Origin: Octopus vulgaris | Taxonomy: Eukaryota | Assembly: GCA_951406725.2 (NCBI GenBank) | Contig: OX597825.1 | Span: 84,940,001-85,004,000 of the forward strand | Direction of reading: 5' to 3' | DNA length: 64,000 nucleotides | Part shown: positions 1-16,928 of the stretch, piece by piece | How the letters are laid out: the number at the start of each line of letters is the position of its first letter | Numbering within the stretch: the first letter of the stretch is position 1 | Position numbers and translations under genes: made by a program | Notes under the pieces: generated by a model | Database searches by the model: none | The model's input: only the letters and a program-made list of their open reading frames with translations | What the model was told of the DNA's origin: nothing

Positions 1-310
1 CACCTTTATTGTTCCGTATATATTTATAGTCTGATCACATAACGCAATCACACACGGCACACACAGACACACACAAACACATAAACACAGATAAAAACGC
101 ACACACATACTAAGCTAGAAATACACATATACACACACATATATATTTCTGCATAGTTATGCATAGTTATATATAACATATATATATATATATATAAATA
201 TGTATTTATAATTTTATATATATATATATATATATTATGTATGTATCTATGTATGTATGTATAAACATACTTATACATTATATATATATGTATATATATA
301 TAGATGGGTG

Positions 311-357
<47 letters not shown>

Positions 358-456
358 TTATATAGGTACACAGATTCATACAACCGCATACATTCAAAGA
401 TGTTCTCTTATACACATGTAACAAACACACACATATATATATATACATACACACAT

Positions 457-519
<63 letters not shown>

Positions 520-775
520 CACATACTGACATATATACATATATACATATACACACGCACGCACTCACGCGCACACACACACACACACACATACACGCAC
601 ATATATAGTCAGAATATTATTTTCACTTTCCTTTGTTCTGATGTCTTAACTGTTTATTGCGATATCAACGAATTCCTTTCAACTTTGCTGATTCAATCGC
701 GTTTATATCTTGTTTGTTTTAATGTTGAATAAAAACGTGACTGTGTGTGTGGCTTTATGTGTCTGCGTATGTGTG

Positions 776-808
<33 letters not shown>

Positions 809-886
809 CTGTGTATGTGTGATTGTGTATATGTGTGTGTTTGTGTGATTGTGTATATGTGTGTGTTTGTGTGATTGTGTATATGT

Positions 887-968
<82 letters not shown>

Positions 969-1193
969 TTCGACGGTGTTTCGGTTTCTGTGCCCTACTT
1001 CTGTATGTGTGCTGTTTTGTAGGTCTCTACACGACCAGAAATATCGTACTGCAATATATTGAGATTATTTTAATTTTGCATAAATTATTTTCTTTCACCC
1101 AAGTTTCTGATTGGAGTATTTCAAACATATTTTTTTTTTTGCCATAAGTATACATCTATGCAAATATGAGCGTTTGATCACGTGTATATTTAT

Positions 1194-1301
<108 letters not shown>

Positions 1302-1304
1302 TAT

Positions 1305-1336
<32 letters not shown>

Positions 1337-1378
1337 CCACGTGTATATTTATCCACATATATATATGTGTGTATATTA

Positions 1379-1436
<58 letters not shown>

Positions 1437-1451
1437 CGTGTATATTTATCC

Positions 1452-1485
<34 letters not shown>

Positions 1486-1540
1486 AAGTGTGCACACGCA
1501 CACCTTCACACACGTGCACACACACACACACACACACATA

Positions 1541-1900
1541 GGCGCAAGCATTGCTATGTGGTAGAAAGTTTACTTCCCACCTGCATAGTGCGGTGTTCAG
1601 TCCCACTGCATGGCAATGTCTTCTACCACAGTTCTGGGCCAACCAAAGCTTTATGGGTGGTTGTTTGTGTATGTGTGATTATATGTGTGTCTTTGTGTAT
1701 ATGTTTGCCCCACCATCACCATCACCACTACCAACATCACCTCACAACCAATATTGGTTTGTTTACGTCCCCGCATCTACAAGTTCAGCATAAGAGACCG
1801 ATAGGATAAGTACCCTATTTAAGAATATAAGTTCTGGGGCCGATTCATTCGACTAAAATTTTCAGTTTGGCCGTAGTCTAATGACTGAAGCAGGTAAAAC
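1541..1900 (+). mobile_element. tRNA-derived SINE family A, degenerate copy
   Basis: Shares head (gtggt...gttcagtcccactgc), tgtcttctac core, internal CA/TG tract and tail (gaccgatagg..ataagtac...gactaaa..tgactgaa) with the copy at 11602. Confidence 0.75.
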
Positions 1901-2659
1901 ATGTAACAAAAATTGTATACGCGTGTTTGTGTGTGCAAGTGTGTGTGTATGTGTGTGCAAGTGTGTGTGTATGTTTGTATGTGTGTGTGTCTGTGTATGC
2001 GTTTGTGTATGTGTTTTTGTGATGTTTTCGTATCTATTCAGTGTTTTATCTCTCCCCATCACCGTCAACACCAGCAACAAGAACAAAAGAAACGACTCGA
2101 CCAACACCATCAACATTAGCATCATCACTATGAGCACCATCACCAACATCACTACCAGGATGACGACGACGACCACCATCGTCACTACCTTCAGCAACAT
2201 CACCATCATCCGCACCACCACCGACGCCGCCTCCACCGTTACCCACCATCATCACTACCACCATCACCGCCAGCGCCCTCTTCTACATAATTCTCTTTCA
2301 TTCCTGTACGATACGAACATACATGAAAATCACTAACTTTAGTAAAACATATTAATGAGTTTAGCGGATTTGTAATTAATCTAATTCATTAGATATGCAA
2401 AGTATTAATGTGGTTGCTCTTATCTTGAACAGTGAAGCCATAATACTATAATAGTGTCTAACTTCCGGTAGGTTTCCATTTCTCCGCCACAGCAACATCT
2501 AACCATTACGAACAACATTCTTTTCCGAACGAGTGTTGCGTAAGTTTAGATATGTAAGTTTATTCGGCAAAATGCTCGGGGACATGTGCTGCAAAAAAAC
2601 TTCATAGTAAGGTTGGTTTCTACATAATCCATGTAACGAACGCCGAGATTTTGGTTAAA

Positions 2660-2970
2660 TAATTATTTCTACTATAGGCAAAATGTTTGAAATTTGGGGG
2701 ACGGGAATAGTAGATTTCTTCGACACTTAGTATTTAACTTGTACTTGATTTATCGGCCCCGAAAGGTTGAAAGAAAAAGTTGACCTAGGTGGAATTTGAA
2801 TTCAGAACGTTGCGGCCGACGAAATACCGCAAAGCATTTCGTCCGGCGTTTTAACGATTCTGCCAGATTACCGCTTTGCTTAAGTAATAATTTCTACTAT
2901 AGGCACAATGTCTGAAATTTGGGGGGAGGAGAGTACTCGATTACATTGACCTGAGTGCGTTACTGGTACT
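2660..2970 (-). mobile_element. SINE family B, one near-complete copy plus an adjacent partial copy
   Basis: Reverse complement of the gaatcgtta...gttctgaattcaaattcc...ctttcggggccgataa motif seen at 36065. The segment tttctactataggca is repeated at about 2666 and 2891. Confidence 0.75.
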
Positions 2971-2980
2971 TTTCTCTAGG

Positions 2981-3090
2981 CTAAACCTAGCTATCACATT
3001 TGAAAATTCCTACAAATCTACTAACTTTTTAGACGTAACATTAAACTTAGAAACCTCCCAGTATTCCCCTTATCACAAATCTAACCAATA
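2981..3090 (+). mobile_element. Penelope-like element (PLE) reverse transcriptase fragment
   Basis: Translates as LNLAITFENSYKSTNFLDVTLNLETSQYSPYHKSNQ, matching the PLE RT C-terminal motif ITI....NFLDV.L.L....PYRKPN. Confidence 0.7.
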
Positions 3091-3099
3091 CTACTAATA

Positions 3100-4038
<939 letters not shown>

Positions 4039-4595
4039 TGTGTGTGTGTGTGTACATATATATATGTATGTATGGAGGGATGGATGTATGGATGTGTGTG
4101 TACATATATGTGTATTAGAATATATATATATATATATATATATATGCATATATATACATACATATATATATATATGCATATATATATATATATGTGTGTG
4201 TGTGTATTATGTATTTATTAATGTATGTATGAATGTATATGTGTGTGTGCATTCGTAAATGGTGAGAAAACAGATTCTGTAAAATATTCGATGCACACGA
4301 CTTCACAATGTGTATCGATTACTAAGTCAATGTATATATATATAGTAGACAGTCGATTCCTCTTCATATAAAGGCCTGACGACATCTCATTATCACAGAG
4401 AGTACACACAAAAAAGTATAGCCTACAATATAAATACCTGAGATGCTACCTGATAATCAAGCACTCCTAATTAGTTACTTGAAACGCAAACCAAACGTAA
4501 CTTAATACACATTTACACCAATTCCTACCCCAAATCCTTTTCTGGCCTTTTTTTTTTTTTGCCTTAACAAACCATTTTGTAGAATCATTTAGTTT

Positions 4596-4889
4596 AATGT
4601 TTCTCAATTTTTTTTTTGCCAATGGACTCCATTGATTTTTATTTTACTTGGTTTGAACCTCATAGCCACTAAAAAAACATTCAGCATGGGCACGGCCTGA
4701 GGGCTGAAACATATGAAAAAACAAATAAATATAAAAAAATATTTTTTTATAATTCAATAATAGAAATTCTAACAAAAATTTGTGAAAAGATTTCGTGTAT
4801 TGTAGAAGTGCAAGCAATTTATATATTTTAACAATATAACCGTAAATTGATCCCAAACTATCATATGGACCCCCAGTTGAGGACCAATG
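4596..4889. mobile_element. Possible degenerate hAT-type MITE
   Basis: Ends taatgtttctcaa ... ttgaggaccaatg resemble CAGTGGTTCTCAA-type TIRs, with subterminal ggactcc/ggacccc. Confidence 0.35.
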
Positions 4890-5338
4890 AGTTAAGGGGT
4901 CTCCAACTCCGAAGAAAAGCAATGCATTCCATTATTACTATGGCACCTTAGCCGCAGTTTCTTTCAAAGGTTAAATTACCTGCACCCACAAATCGAAGAT
5001 GGTCCCTGACCAAAACGGATCTACGTATAATCACCTTCTTGATGTTTATATATCTGTCCTTTTTTTAAGTTGAACAGAATATTGCCAGAAATTTCCAAAC
5101 CCTCAAAGATAAGCATTTTCTCATTTCCCCTATATGCAGAAAAATTATACAGTGTAAGTTGTCTAAAAGTGCACGTTTATGTACGTTTGTACGTGTACTT
5201 CTAGGTATAAATATATATATGCGTGTGTGTTTGTATATTTGTATATGGCGCGTGTATGTGTTTTTGTGTATGTGTATATATATATATATATATCTGTGTA
5301 TATATACACATATATATATATATATATTGCATACCTAA

Positions 5339-5462
<124 letters not shown>

Positions 5463-5967
5463 GTTTACGTTTGCACCTGAGCAAGCATATGTTTGTCAAT
5501 ATATACGCGTGTTGTTCCGTTCATGTGTAAATATTGGTGTAGGTGCTAAGAGTATTATGTCTTCAGAGAACAATCGTTCGTGACAAATTACTGTAGATAA
5601 TACACAGTTCACAGCAAAGCAACATTCCCCGAGGAATGCATTGTCGGATGCGTTTGCGAGCTAAAAATATTGAACTCTCCGCAGCCTTACATTCCTTCAC
5701 ACTTTCAGCTAAATAGCGTGCCAAAACACGTTTTATAGATTTCTAGATAGCGTAACCCATTTATGCATTATGGAGAGATGAAATATCTCTCTATGCATGA
5801 GTGTGTGTACGCACGTGTGTTAGCGTGTGTGTGTGTACATGCGTGCGTTCGTGTGTGCCTCTGTGTGTGGATTGGTTAAGAATAAGCACCTCATCTCTTA
5901 AGCACAGTATACAGTTTATGTGGCTTTGTAATTTTATGCGTTAATGTAAGCATGTACATATCCATGC

Positions 5968-6070
<103 letters not shown>

Positions 6071-6343
6071 TTTGTATATACAAACATACATATATATATA
6101 AATATATATATATGCAACTGTACATTTATATATCTATCTATCTAAATAATATATATATATATGTATATTTACGATCCCTATTGATGGGTTTTTTAAATTT
6201 TATTTTTCCTTTTTTTTTCTTTTTTTCTTCCTCTTTTACGATCCCTTTTGATCGAAAACCTACCCCACTTTTTTTCTCCCCAAAAAGAAAAGCTCTACTT
6301 TGTAATCTGTCCCGTCTGTATGCAGCCCTGTGTGGTAATAAAA

Positions 6344-6470
<127 letters not shown>

Positions 6471-7526
6471 CATATATGTATTTATATATGTACAAATAAC
6501 TGTGGGTTAATCACACCACCTACATATTTCTGTTTATATTTATTTAATTATTGCGTGACTCTACGAACCGCCCTGTGCTTTCCTCACATGTCTTTAAAAT
6601 AGGATATCAACACAATGTGCTATATCTTTACATGTCGGATATTTAGCAAAGAATCAACCATGATTCTTAAACGGAATATTCGTAAAAATATCCCGGAAAA
6701 AATGCTATAATAATTTTTGTATAATTTGAACGCAAGACCTCTTGAACAATCACTAATCTTTTAACTCGTGTCCTATTACACTTGGCAGGTAATTTCCCTA
6801 TATATAAATACGTTATTGCATTTCCTCCTGTTTAGTAAATGCAGTCAATCAGAATTTCTTTCTTTCAATTGTCCCCGTACAACCTATCACGACCATGGTA
6901 ATTTTGTCGTTTGGCTCTCAGAAAATCCTTCATCGAACAGACATTCAACAAAAAGAATTCCATCGATAGCTTTCCCATGTTAAATTCTTATTCAGACATG
7001 AATTATCAGAATGTAGATATCATTGTATTAATATGCAAATGAAGGATGTCGGACATGGTTCGTCAATTGACTATTATCACGAGGTCAGCTTTGTAGTGAT
7101 GACCGCCTCAGACTCCGTTCTGTTATTAACATGCAGTGAACGTTCAGTGTTTCTTCTTGATCGATACACGGAAGTTTTAATTTTATAACTTGGAGAATAA
7201 TTTTCTCTCTTTTTCTAATCGTTTCTGTTGTTGTTGCTGTAAGTCATGCTGTGATGGGGGCATTTCTCACTATTAAAAGAGACTTCAGGGAGAACAATGT
7301 CTGACCGTTGGAATATCTAGAAAATATGTATTCTAGATATAGTTCTACTTTGGCAAAGGTGGACCATGGACGCAAGTGAACGGTACGAACGACTTTTAAG
7401 AGTCTCCTATTTTGTACGTGGCTACGTGGTTGGTGGCAACCATGAGGTTTGCTGTTTGTTACCTAAAAATCTCTCGGAATATGTGTATGTATATCTGTAT
7501 AAATGCGTATACACGTATAGTTAATC

Positions 7527-7731
7527 TTTTACTTGTTTCGGTCTATGGTGCAGCACGGGATTGTAGAAGTTTTAGTCGAATGTACCGAACCCAGTACGTA
7601 CTTTTGAAAGCACTTATTCTACCAGTCTCTTTTGCCGAACTGCTAAGTTACAGGGAAGTAACCGGCTGTCAACCGATGGTGGTGGTTGGAGGGCGGGCAA
7701 ACACACACATACACACACACGCACACAACAT

Positions 7732-7801
<70 letters not shown>

Positions 7802-7958
7802 GTCAGGCTTCTTTCAGTTTCTTTCCACCAAATCCACTCTCAAGGCTTTGACTGGTCCGTGGCATAGTAAATGATGCTTGTGCAAGATGTTACGCAGTGG
7901 GGCTGAACCCAGATTTATGTGATTAGGAAGCAAGCTTCTTATAGAGCCACGTCTGCGC
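7527..7958 (-). mobile_element. SINE family A copy
   Basis: Reverse complement of the 11602-12008 element, with an internal CA/TA tract. Confidence 0.75.
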
Positions 7959-7963
7959 GTATA

Positions 7964-8346
7964 TCTCTCTATATATAAACGGCAGTTTGTCTGTGTGTGT
8001 TTCTGTGTGTCTGTTTGCTTGTACCCTCACCCTGACCACGGCTTTCAACCGATTCTGATGAAACTTGACACACACATAGCCCAATGTCATAATTCAAAAC
8101 TAACGCAGCGAAAATTTTGAAAAGTTCCCCCAGTTCTGAAAAAAATCGATAAATTCGACATGGGGTCGAGAATCAGAAACACAAACCGCAAACTGTCTAG
8201 GGGACGCAACTCCACCTTTTTTTACTCTCAAACAAAATTTACCATCATTTTTTTCCATTTTTTTGCTATTTTTTGGCTATAACTCTCTAAAAATGCTTTA
8301 TAGTTATTTCCCTTACAAACCTGAGCAACGCCGGGCGATACTGCTA

Positions 8347-8347
<1 letters not shown>
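7964..8347 (+). mobile_element. Non-autonomous Helitron (about 384 bp)
   Basis: Starts A|TC(tctctatatataaac) and ends with a GC-rich hairpin-like segment (cctgagcaacgccggg) then CTAG|T. No TSD. A near-identical copy lies at 35051-35432. Confidence 0.85.
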
Positions 8348-8383
<36 letters not shown>

Positions 8384-8388
8384 CGTAT

Positions 8389-8435
<47 letters not shown>

Positions 8436-8866
8436 CAACCAAGCAAATTACCTCTATCCCATTATGAATGAGTATTCCTCTAAAAAATTTCTTATTCCAA
8501 ATTTGTAATCTAAACGAATTCGTGTTTGTAAAATTACCATATTCTTATTAAAATTGAAGGAGTTCGGGCGAAATATTTTTTGCTCTCAAATACATCTATT
8601 ATTAATACCTTACGTTCAAGCAGGAATCCCTTACACAGAAAAGAACCAATCACTCTGAGGAATTCTGTTGTTTAAAATTGATTTCAATGTTCATTATGTA
8701 AAAGGTTCTGCATATATTTTGAAGGAAATCTTAATATTTTAATATGAATGTCATCAACTAAAAGGTTTTGTTAAATATAATCTCCGTAAGAATAACAAGG
8801 AATCATGTTATAGAAGAATCATGCATATTTTCACGTACACACACGCACACACACACACACACGCAC

Positions 8867-8931
<65 letters not shown>

Positions 8932-9022
8932 GCAAGAAGTTGGTATTCACAAATTCTTTCTTTGAATTACATATTATATATATATACATATATACATACA
9001 TATATATGTGTGTGTGTGTATA

Positions 9023-9078
<56 letters not shown>

Positions 9079-10500
9079 TGTGAGTGGACAGATGCTTTTA
9101 TATATTTATAAATGTATGTGTAACGTAAGTTTAGAGAAAAGCCATTGGTTTCATATCTCGCGTGAACTCGACATCTCTTCAGTTTCTCTAAACAGTAGCC
9201 GTTCTCTGCAAGGAATGCTTGTATTAAACCACAAGAACTCTGTTGATAGTTCAAGAAATAACCCTCTTTAAAAATATGACCGTGCGAGTTGTCTTTCTTC
9301 GCTTGATCGCTAGGTTTTCCAATTTTGAAGTAAGAATTTCCGAAAATGTGGGCAACACTCCATGACTTCCGTCCATGAATTAAGGTAAACTCCTGGTTCG
9401 TGTTAATTTATGAGAATTATACATTTGGTAGATGAAAAACAGAAGATGGGATATACGAGAATTTATTATTAATCGGGACAATTGTTTCGACACGTCTAGT
9501 ATCGATCCCTCACGAGTACAACCTTTAACAGCTGGTGTCCTCGTGTGTATATGAGCATATATAATATTTAGCATAATTTATATATTTTCACATTGTTAAT
9601 GCATATATTATGTTACGCTAATGTAGCGTGATAGCTCTCTTATGTTTCAAATTACGGCTAACAGCAGCGTTTAGCATTTAACGTCTGTAACTACAAGGAG
9701 TTGTTACTCATGCTGTAAATTCCTCAGATGGGCAATTCCTTATTCGCTTCTCTGGATGATAATATTATCCGGAGTGTATATCAGAAATAATTATAACGAT
9801 AGATAATTATCCTCAGACTGTATTTCCTTTTATTTTATAATGTCATACGGCATATTTCTATGGCTTTGTAACGTGTAATTTCGCTAGTTGCTCTTGGTGA
9901 GTATGATGCTGCGAGTAGATACAGTCATCTTTTGAATCCTTGCGCTCTCTGTATCAGTTCTTAAGCTTCACCCATTTCTGGGTACCACCTTCAAGAATGG
10001 ATCGACTAAAAATACGTTTCTATCTGCGCAAGGTACCACGCAGGAGGAGCGAACCTAGAGTCATGTGGTTGCGTGCGTAGCAAGCTTTATACCACACAGC
10101 CACGCCTGCGCCTACGCTTGTATGTCATAGCTTTCAATTATGAAGTGATACAAGAATGTAAATGCTTGTAAATTTTTGGCACTCACATTATTTTTTATTT
10201 ATTTTACTCTCTCCCTCTCTCTGCAGATTAATATCATGAAACTGAGAGAGAGAGAGAAAGAGAGAAAGAAAGGGAGAGGTAGGGAGAAAGAATGAAAGAG
10301 CGAAAGAAAGAAAGAGGGGGGCGGAAAAATATGCGAAGAGGAACAGAGAAGGACAGCGATAAAAAAACTATATGATAGATATTGATAAATAGATATATAG
10401 GCTAAAGAAATACGAGCGAATGAGAGGCGTGAGAATAAGAAAATAATGTCACAGTTAAGGATGTAAGATCAAACAAACCATACAGGTATACAGACATATG

Positions 10501-10541
<41 letters not shown>

Positions 10542-11551
10542 AAGCGAGTGTCTATGTAGGTTTTTGTATAAATGGGTGTGTTTACAGGTATTTGCGATAG
10601 TAATGCTGTTCTCATACCAGAAGGATCCTAAAAGCATGCATGTTCGCAGAATATGTGTGTGTGTGTGTGTAGATATATAACCGAACAGTCGCAATTACGA
10701 TCACATTATCTATACCACCGTACACAGACAGAAGCAAAAGTAACGCTTTACATTCTTTTTGCCAACACGTCTTTATTTCTTTTGATAACGTATATATTTT
10801 GTCTTACTACACAATACCTCAATCCCTTTCACAAACACATACACACACACACACGTACAAACACACACACACGTACACACACATGGCCACGCATCACATA
10901 CAGGCATCTGCACACTTGTACGCCATCTTGCCACAATCTTTCCCTCCTCCTCATCCTCCTCCCCATCTTTCTTCCTGTCATACTTTATAACGTTAAAGCT
11001 CCACTCCCACCTCTATACGCCTTAACACACTTAACCATTCTTCAAAGACAAACGGTTTCAAATCGAGGTTGATAGATAAATGCCTTATTGTCAATTGCTG
11101 TATTGTAAGATGCGACTGGAGCCTGCTTATCCCCGACTTTATTCGTCACGTGACAGTATTCACACAGCACTTAGTACACCATTAAACAGCGTTAAGTGGA
11201 AGAACTGAGAAAAATGTCGAAGGAAGCTTCTACATAATATTCCCTCTTCTTCGTATTAGGTGTTCAAGTGTGAATCACACTAGCGGACACATATATACAT
11301 GTGCACACAGATACGTACGTACGTAAATATATACATACATACATTATTTACAATCACCACATATATGTGTATGTATATGCATGTGTTTATGCATATGTAA
11401 GTACAAATATACATACAGGTGTGTGTATGTGTGTGTTAGAAAATGATTCTATCGTGAGTTGTGATTATAAGTAATAAAATCTCAGGTCGAAGAATTATGT
11501 ATAGAATGCATATTATGAATATATGTACACATATGCGCACAATCATGCAAA

Positions 11552-11583
<32 letters not shown>

Positions 11584-11601
11584 TATATATATATATATAT
11601 C

Positions 11602-12008
11602 GGCGTTGGAGTGGCTGTGTGGTAAGTAGCTTGCTTACCAACCACATGGTTCCGGGTTCAGTCCCACTGCGTGGAAACTTGAGCAAGTGTCTTCTACTAT
11701 AAGCCTCGAGCCAACCAAAGCCGTGTGAGTGGATTTGCTAGACGGAAACTGAAAGAAGCCCGTCGTATATATATGTTTATATATGTATGCGTGTATATGT
11801 TTCTGCGTCTGTGTTTGTCCCCCCAACATTGCTTGACAACCAATGCTGGTGTGTTTACGTCCCTGTAACTTAGCGGTTCTGCAAAAGAGGCCGATAGAAT
11901 AAGTACTAGGCTTACAAAGAATAACTCCTGGGGTCGATTTGCTCGACTAAAGGCGGTGCTCCAGTTTGGCCACAGTCAAATGACTGAAACAAATAAAAAT
12001 AGTAAGAG
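11602..12008 (+). mobile_element. tRNA-derived SINE family A, best-preserved copy (CORE-like cttgagcaagtgtctt)
   Basis: A-box-like gtggctgtgtgg, B-box-like gggttcagtccc, internal microsatellite, tail tgactgaaacaaataaaa. At least six copies or fragments occur in the window. Confidence 0.85.
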
Positions 12009-12159
12009 TATAGTACTTACGTCTTAATAAGCTAGAGACTTCGAGAGACGCAAAGAAAGCTAAATTATCAATGATGAAACTCGAATCTGATAAAGCTATA
12101 AATGTCATAAAAATATTGGATTAAAATCAGCCTTTCATTGAAGAATATCGATAGTGATA

Positions 12160-12602
12160 TACAAACTAATGAACTTGACTGTGAGACACATGTGTCCTGG
12201 AGATCCTGCCAAAGCATTTTGAGCGAGGAATTGCGAATGAAAATATTTGCAGCAAAATATGTGCCTCGCTTGCTTACGGTGAGTCAAAAGCTGTCACGAC
12301 TGAATGCGTGTCGTGAACTGAAAGAACAGTTACAAGTTGGTCTGGACCTTACTGGTGAAGGAAGCTAAGGCTAAGGAATTTGCAGATGTGGAAGAGGTGA
12401 CGAAATAAAAAAAAAAGAACGGGGGCGTTAAAAGACACCACTTTGCAAGAGTTCCATCACCGCTTTGAACACTGGAAAATCTGCCATGAGCGATGCATTG
12501 CTTCAAATGAAGAATACTTTGAAGGCGATAAAAGTGTAAACACGAAAATCTAAGTGAATAACATAATATTTCAAAATTCATTTTCTTTCGGGTACACCCT
12601 CG
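12160..12602 (+). mobile_element. Internally deleted Tc1/mariner transposase remnant
   Basis: ORF 12138 gives SCQSILSEELRMKIFAAKYVPRLLTVSQK (a WVPR/FVPR.LT-type motif). It is joined to a C-terminal-like FADVEEV..RCIAS.EEYFEGD and a TIR-like end gggtacaccctcg|ta. Confidence 0.8.
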
Positions 12603-14161
12603 TATGTACGTAATATATTACCATACATATACGTTTATATTTGATCATGCCACAACGTGTTATAAAACTATTGCACTAATCAGGGTTAGGTAACCGTTGT
12701 TTTCCCTTTCACTTCGGTATTGACTCTTTAATCAATCATTTATCTCTAACATTCTGATGTTTCACAGATTTCCATGGCTGTTCGCAATTTATTTCTCTTG
12801 TTTCGGATCATTATAGCTACTCTGTTTTATTTTCACAGGCGCCTTCCACCATTACTCTTTCATACGCTTCATTCTCACTTCTTGTATTTATATTTTCAGG
12901 ATTATCCTTTCACGAGATTTCATTAAACAATGTTTTAAGACAAATTTATGTTTGAACTGAAGCATCTTTTTCTATGCACGTAATGTAGGAATTTATGTTT
13001 TTTGGTATATTTACTTGTGTACACATTTCTGCGTTTACTTATAGAAAAAAACGCAAAATTTGCGCACCGAAAGAACAATGTTACCTTTAATATATTCCCC
13101 AGACGATTGTACGTAGCTGTTAAGATATTTAGTTGGATAATATGACTGTATTTTTTTCTTTCCATATCTGTTGATTATAAGTGCAGAGATACACACATAA
13201 CTAACGCTCACATATATTCTCAGCCACAAAGAAATCAAAGACAAACACCTTCAAACGATACAGACAAAAAATATTCACATACAAGCATTATTAAAGTATT
13301 TGAGATATTTGCCGTTTTTCTAGAAATTCCTCTGCAATATTCATTGTTTAATAATGTGAAAAATCATTTTAAAGCAGAGATTGCACAATACATTTAAAAT
13401 AATGGATTTGCACCGCATGTTTTCCAGAAATCCGACAGAACCTAATATGTGATTTGATCTCGTTGTTATTGAAGTACAAATGAGCCCTGATTTAATACAC
13501 TTCTCATTAAGCTAACGGACTATTTTCTCAACAGTTGCTATTTTATTTTTCACTTTAAAATATTACAAAATAAACACACACCGTTGCATGAAAGCATAGA
13601 TGTTCAATATTCCGTGGTTCGTGTTGAAAAGAAATCTTCAAGAAAGGAATCAAACGAACCAAAGGTAACTACAAGCATTAAATATAATACAAATCTTGAG
13701 AATACCTTATTAAGAAAAAATGTTCAATACGCTCCAAAAAAAAAATTAAGAAAACAAAACAGAAAAAAAAAAGAAACGCATTGAAGAATTCAATAAAAGT
13801 TTAGGATTATTATCGTTTTAAAATTACAATCAAATATCTGTTTCACAGAACCCCCTAACTACTAACGATCTTTTTATTCTTTTTTTTATTCTTCAAGACA
13901 TTTTGAGCAGTAACCCATGGCCTATTTTTTTTCTTCTTGTCTCTTTTAATGATCTTTTTTCTTCTCTCTTCCTTATTTAATAAACAACAACAATTCTATC
14001 TCTTTTCAGCGCTCTTACCTTTTATCTTCTTTTCACAGCAACTCACGAACTGTGGAATCTAATGAATGCCACCTGATACAATATGTCAGCTCCTCTTATT
14101 CACTAGCATAACAACATCCGTTTCTATCGCAGGCTCCGTCACCACTATTATTATTATTACT

Positions 14162-14201
<40 letters not shown>

Positions 14202-15226
14202 ATCCTGTTTTCGTTGCAGTGATTGCAGTTACCGCAGTTCATTTTGCTGTGAATGCAGTTGATATTTTTCAATTTATATTTCAATGTCGTCCATATTGCT
14301 TTTGCAGCAAATAAAGAAATGCATGCTATTATTATATCCTTATTATTATTATCATTATTATTATTGTTGTTGTTGTTGCTGTTGATGTTGCTATTTCTGT
14401 TATTGTATTGTTATTGGCATTGTTGTTGTTTTTGTTTTTATTATTCTTACTGTTGTTGATATTATGATCATTATTGTTATTGTTGTTCTTACTATACTCT
14501 TATGATTAATATTATTACTCTTACTATTACTATTATTAGCATATGATATTTCTGAGTAGTTTCACATCAAAACCAAGTTACTTTTACGCAATTTTTTACA
14601 TCGTATTTGTTTTTCTAGAGTGGAAAAGTTACATAAAATTGTTGCGCTGTTATAGCGTGACAGCTGTTCCGGCGTACGTATGTTTCCTTCCGTTTGATAT
14701 TATTCTTGTATACTCATGTTTTTTGAGACAGGTTCTTCAAGTGTATCAGTGATGAAATATGACTTATAAGTATATCAGTATAAGATGTAAAGGTTAAAGT
14801 GTAGAGTTAAATGAAATCATGAGGGCGGTAAATGTAGGATATGGACTAGGAAGATTGCATAGAACTGTCTTCTATAGAGACTTCCACGTAGCAGGAGATA
14901 TTTTTAATTCTTTGTATAGTCAGTGATTATGTCTATTTTCGTGTTTTGTTTTGTCATACAAAACCACGGTTTGTTACTGGTACTTTGTTATACTTTCGTC
15001 TAAATTATACTGATAAAATCACATTTATATAGGATTTCATGGGGATCCACTTTTAGCCATTTTGAACAAGGCAATCGTATAACAACAATATCGACACCTC
15101 TTCAAACTGGAATTTTGGTTGGTGACAGACGTATTTGAACACTCTGAACGCATACCTATTAGTTTGTGCCAGCCTCACAACAGCTTATATATTCTACACA
15201 CACAAACACACACACACACACACACA

Positions 15227-15280
<54 letters not shown>

Positions 15281-15324
15281 TATATATGTGTATATATACA
15301 TACATATATATAAACATCAAATAC

Positions 15325-15447
<123 letters not shown>

Positions 15448-15850
15448 TACATTGTTTTTTACTCGTTTCAGCATGCGGCTGTGGTCATGCTGGTGCACCC
15501 ACCTGGTCTTTCTGACTTCTTCAGTCTAAGTGTTTCACATCACTACTCCTGTACGTGTCTTTATCCCAGTAGTTGCGACATTTGGTGTATAAAGAAGTTT
15601 GATTACGCTGCTCTCGTCTGTACCTCATGTCGGCAATTGGTTCATCCGGTTTTGTGGAGAGGAGGATACCTAGATCATATTAGAAGACATCTTCTTCCAC
15701 CTTGGGCAAATTTCTAAATTTATATGGCAGTGCATTGAAAAAATTGTGGCCCTTTGAACCCTACACGATTGCAGTACCAGGTCCAGAATTTAGATGGAGT
15801 AGATGGCACCTTTGGTACAATGACAAAGTGAGGAACTAGCCCTTCAACGC

Positions 15851-15919
<69 letters not shown>

Positions 15920-15953
15920 CATATACACACGCGCATATATGTAAATATATGTG

Positions 15954-15984
<31 letters not shown>

Positions 15985-16237
15985 ACATATGTATATAGAT
16001 TAAGAATAAATGTCTTACGTACTACAGGCTCTTTCTTGTTTACACTGAAATATCCTGAATCTGTTAGAAGTCTTCTATTGACCAATACTACAATTCTTAC
16101 AAACCGTAACGATAAATTTGCTGTAATATTTACATTAATCTTTTCACACCTCTCCTTTCCACGCACATCAAACCACTTCATTCAAAAATCTAATCCCAAA
16201 TATATACATATGGGCGAGTACGTATGATATAAATCAT

Positions 16238-16302
<65 letters not shown>

Positions 16303-16330
16303 TAAGCTGAAATATCAATCAATCAATCAT

Positions 16331-16411
<81 letters not shown>

Positions 16412-16719
16412 ACATGCATAAATGTATATTACATATATATATCTATGTATATACATATACAAATACATCTACGTACATATTTGGCAATTGTTTTATCATT
16501 CTGTTTACCCTTTCATGTTTCCATACTTCTATTATTTTATGATTTGGTCTACAGTATTGCAAAGAGATATTATGTTTGCTTTAAACGACAAACAACTCCG
16601 TTATCTTTATGTAATTCCATACTTTCTACAGCCTACGGTGCACTCATTACTCGTTATTTTACATGGCTGGGTATTTATAGCTGTGTCTGTGTGTTTGTGT
16701 TTGTGTGATTGTATGGAAC

Positions 16720-16928
<209 letters not shown>

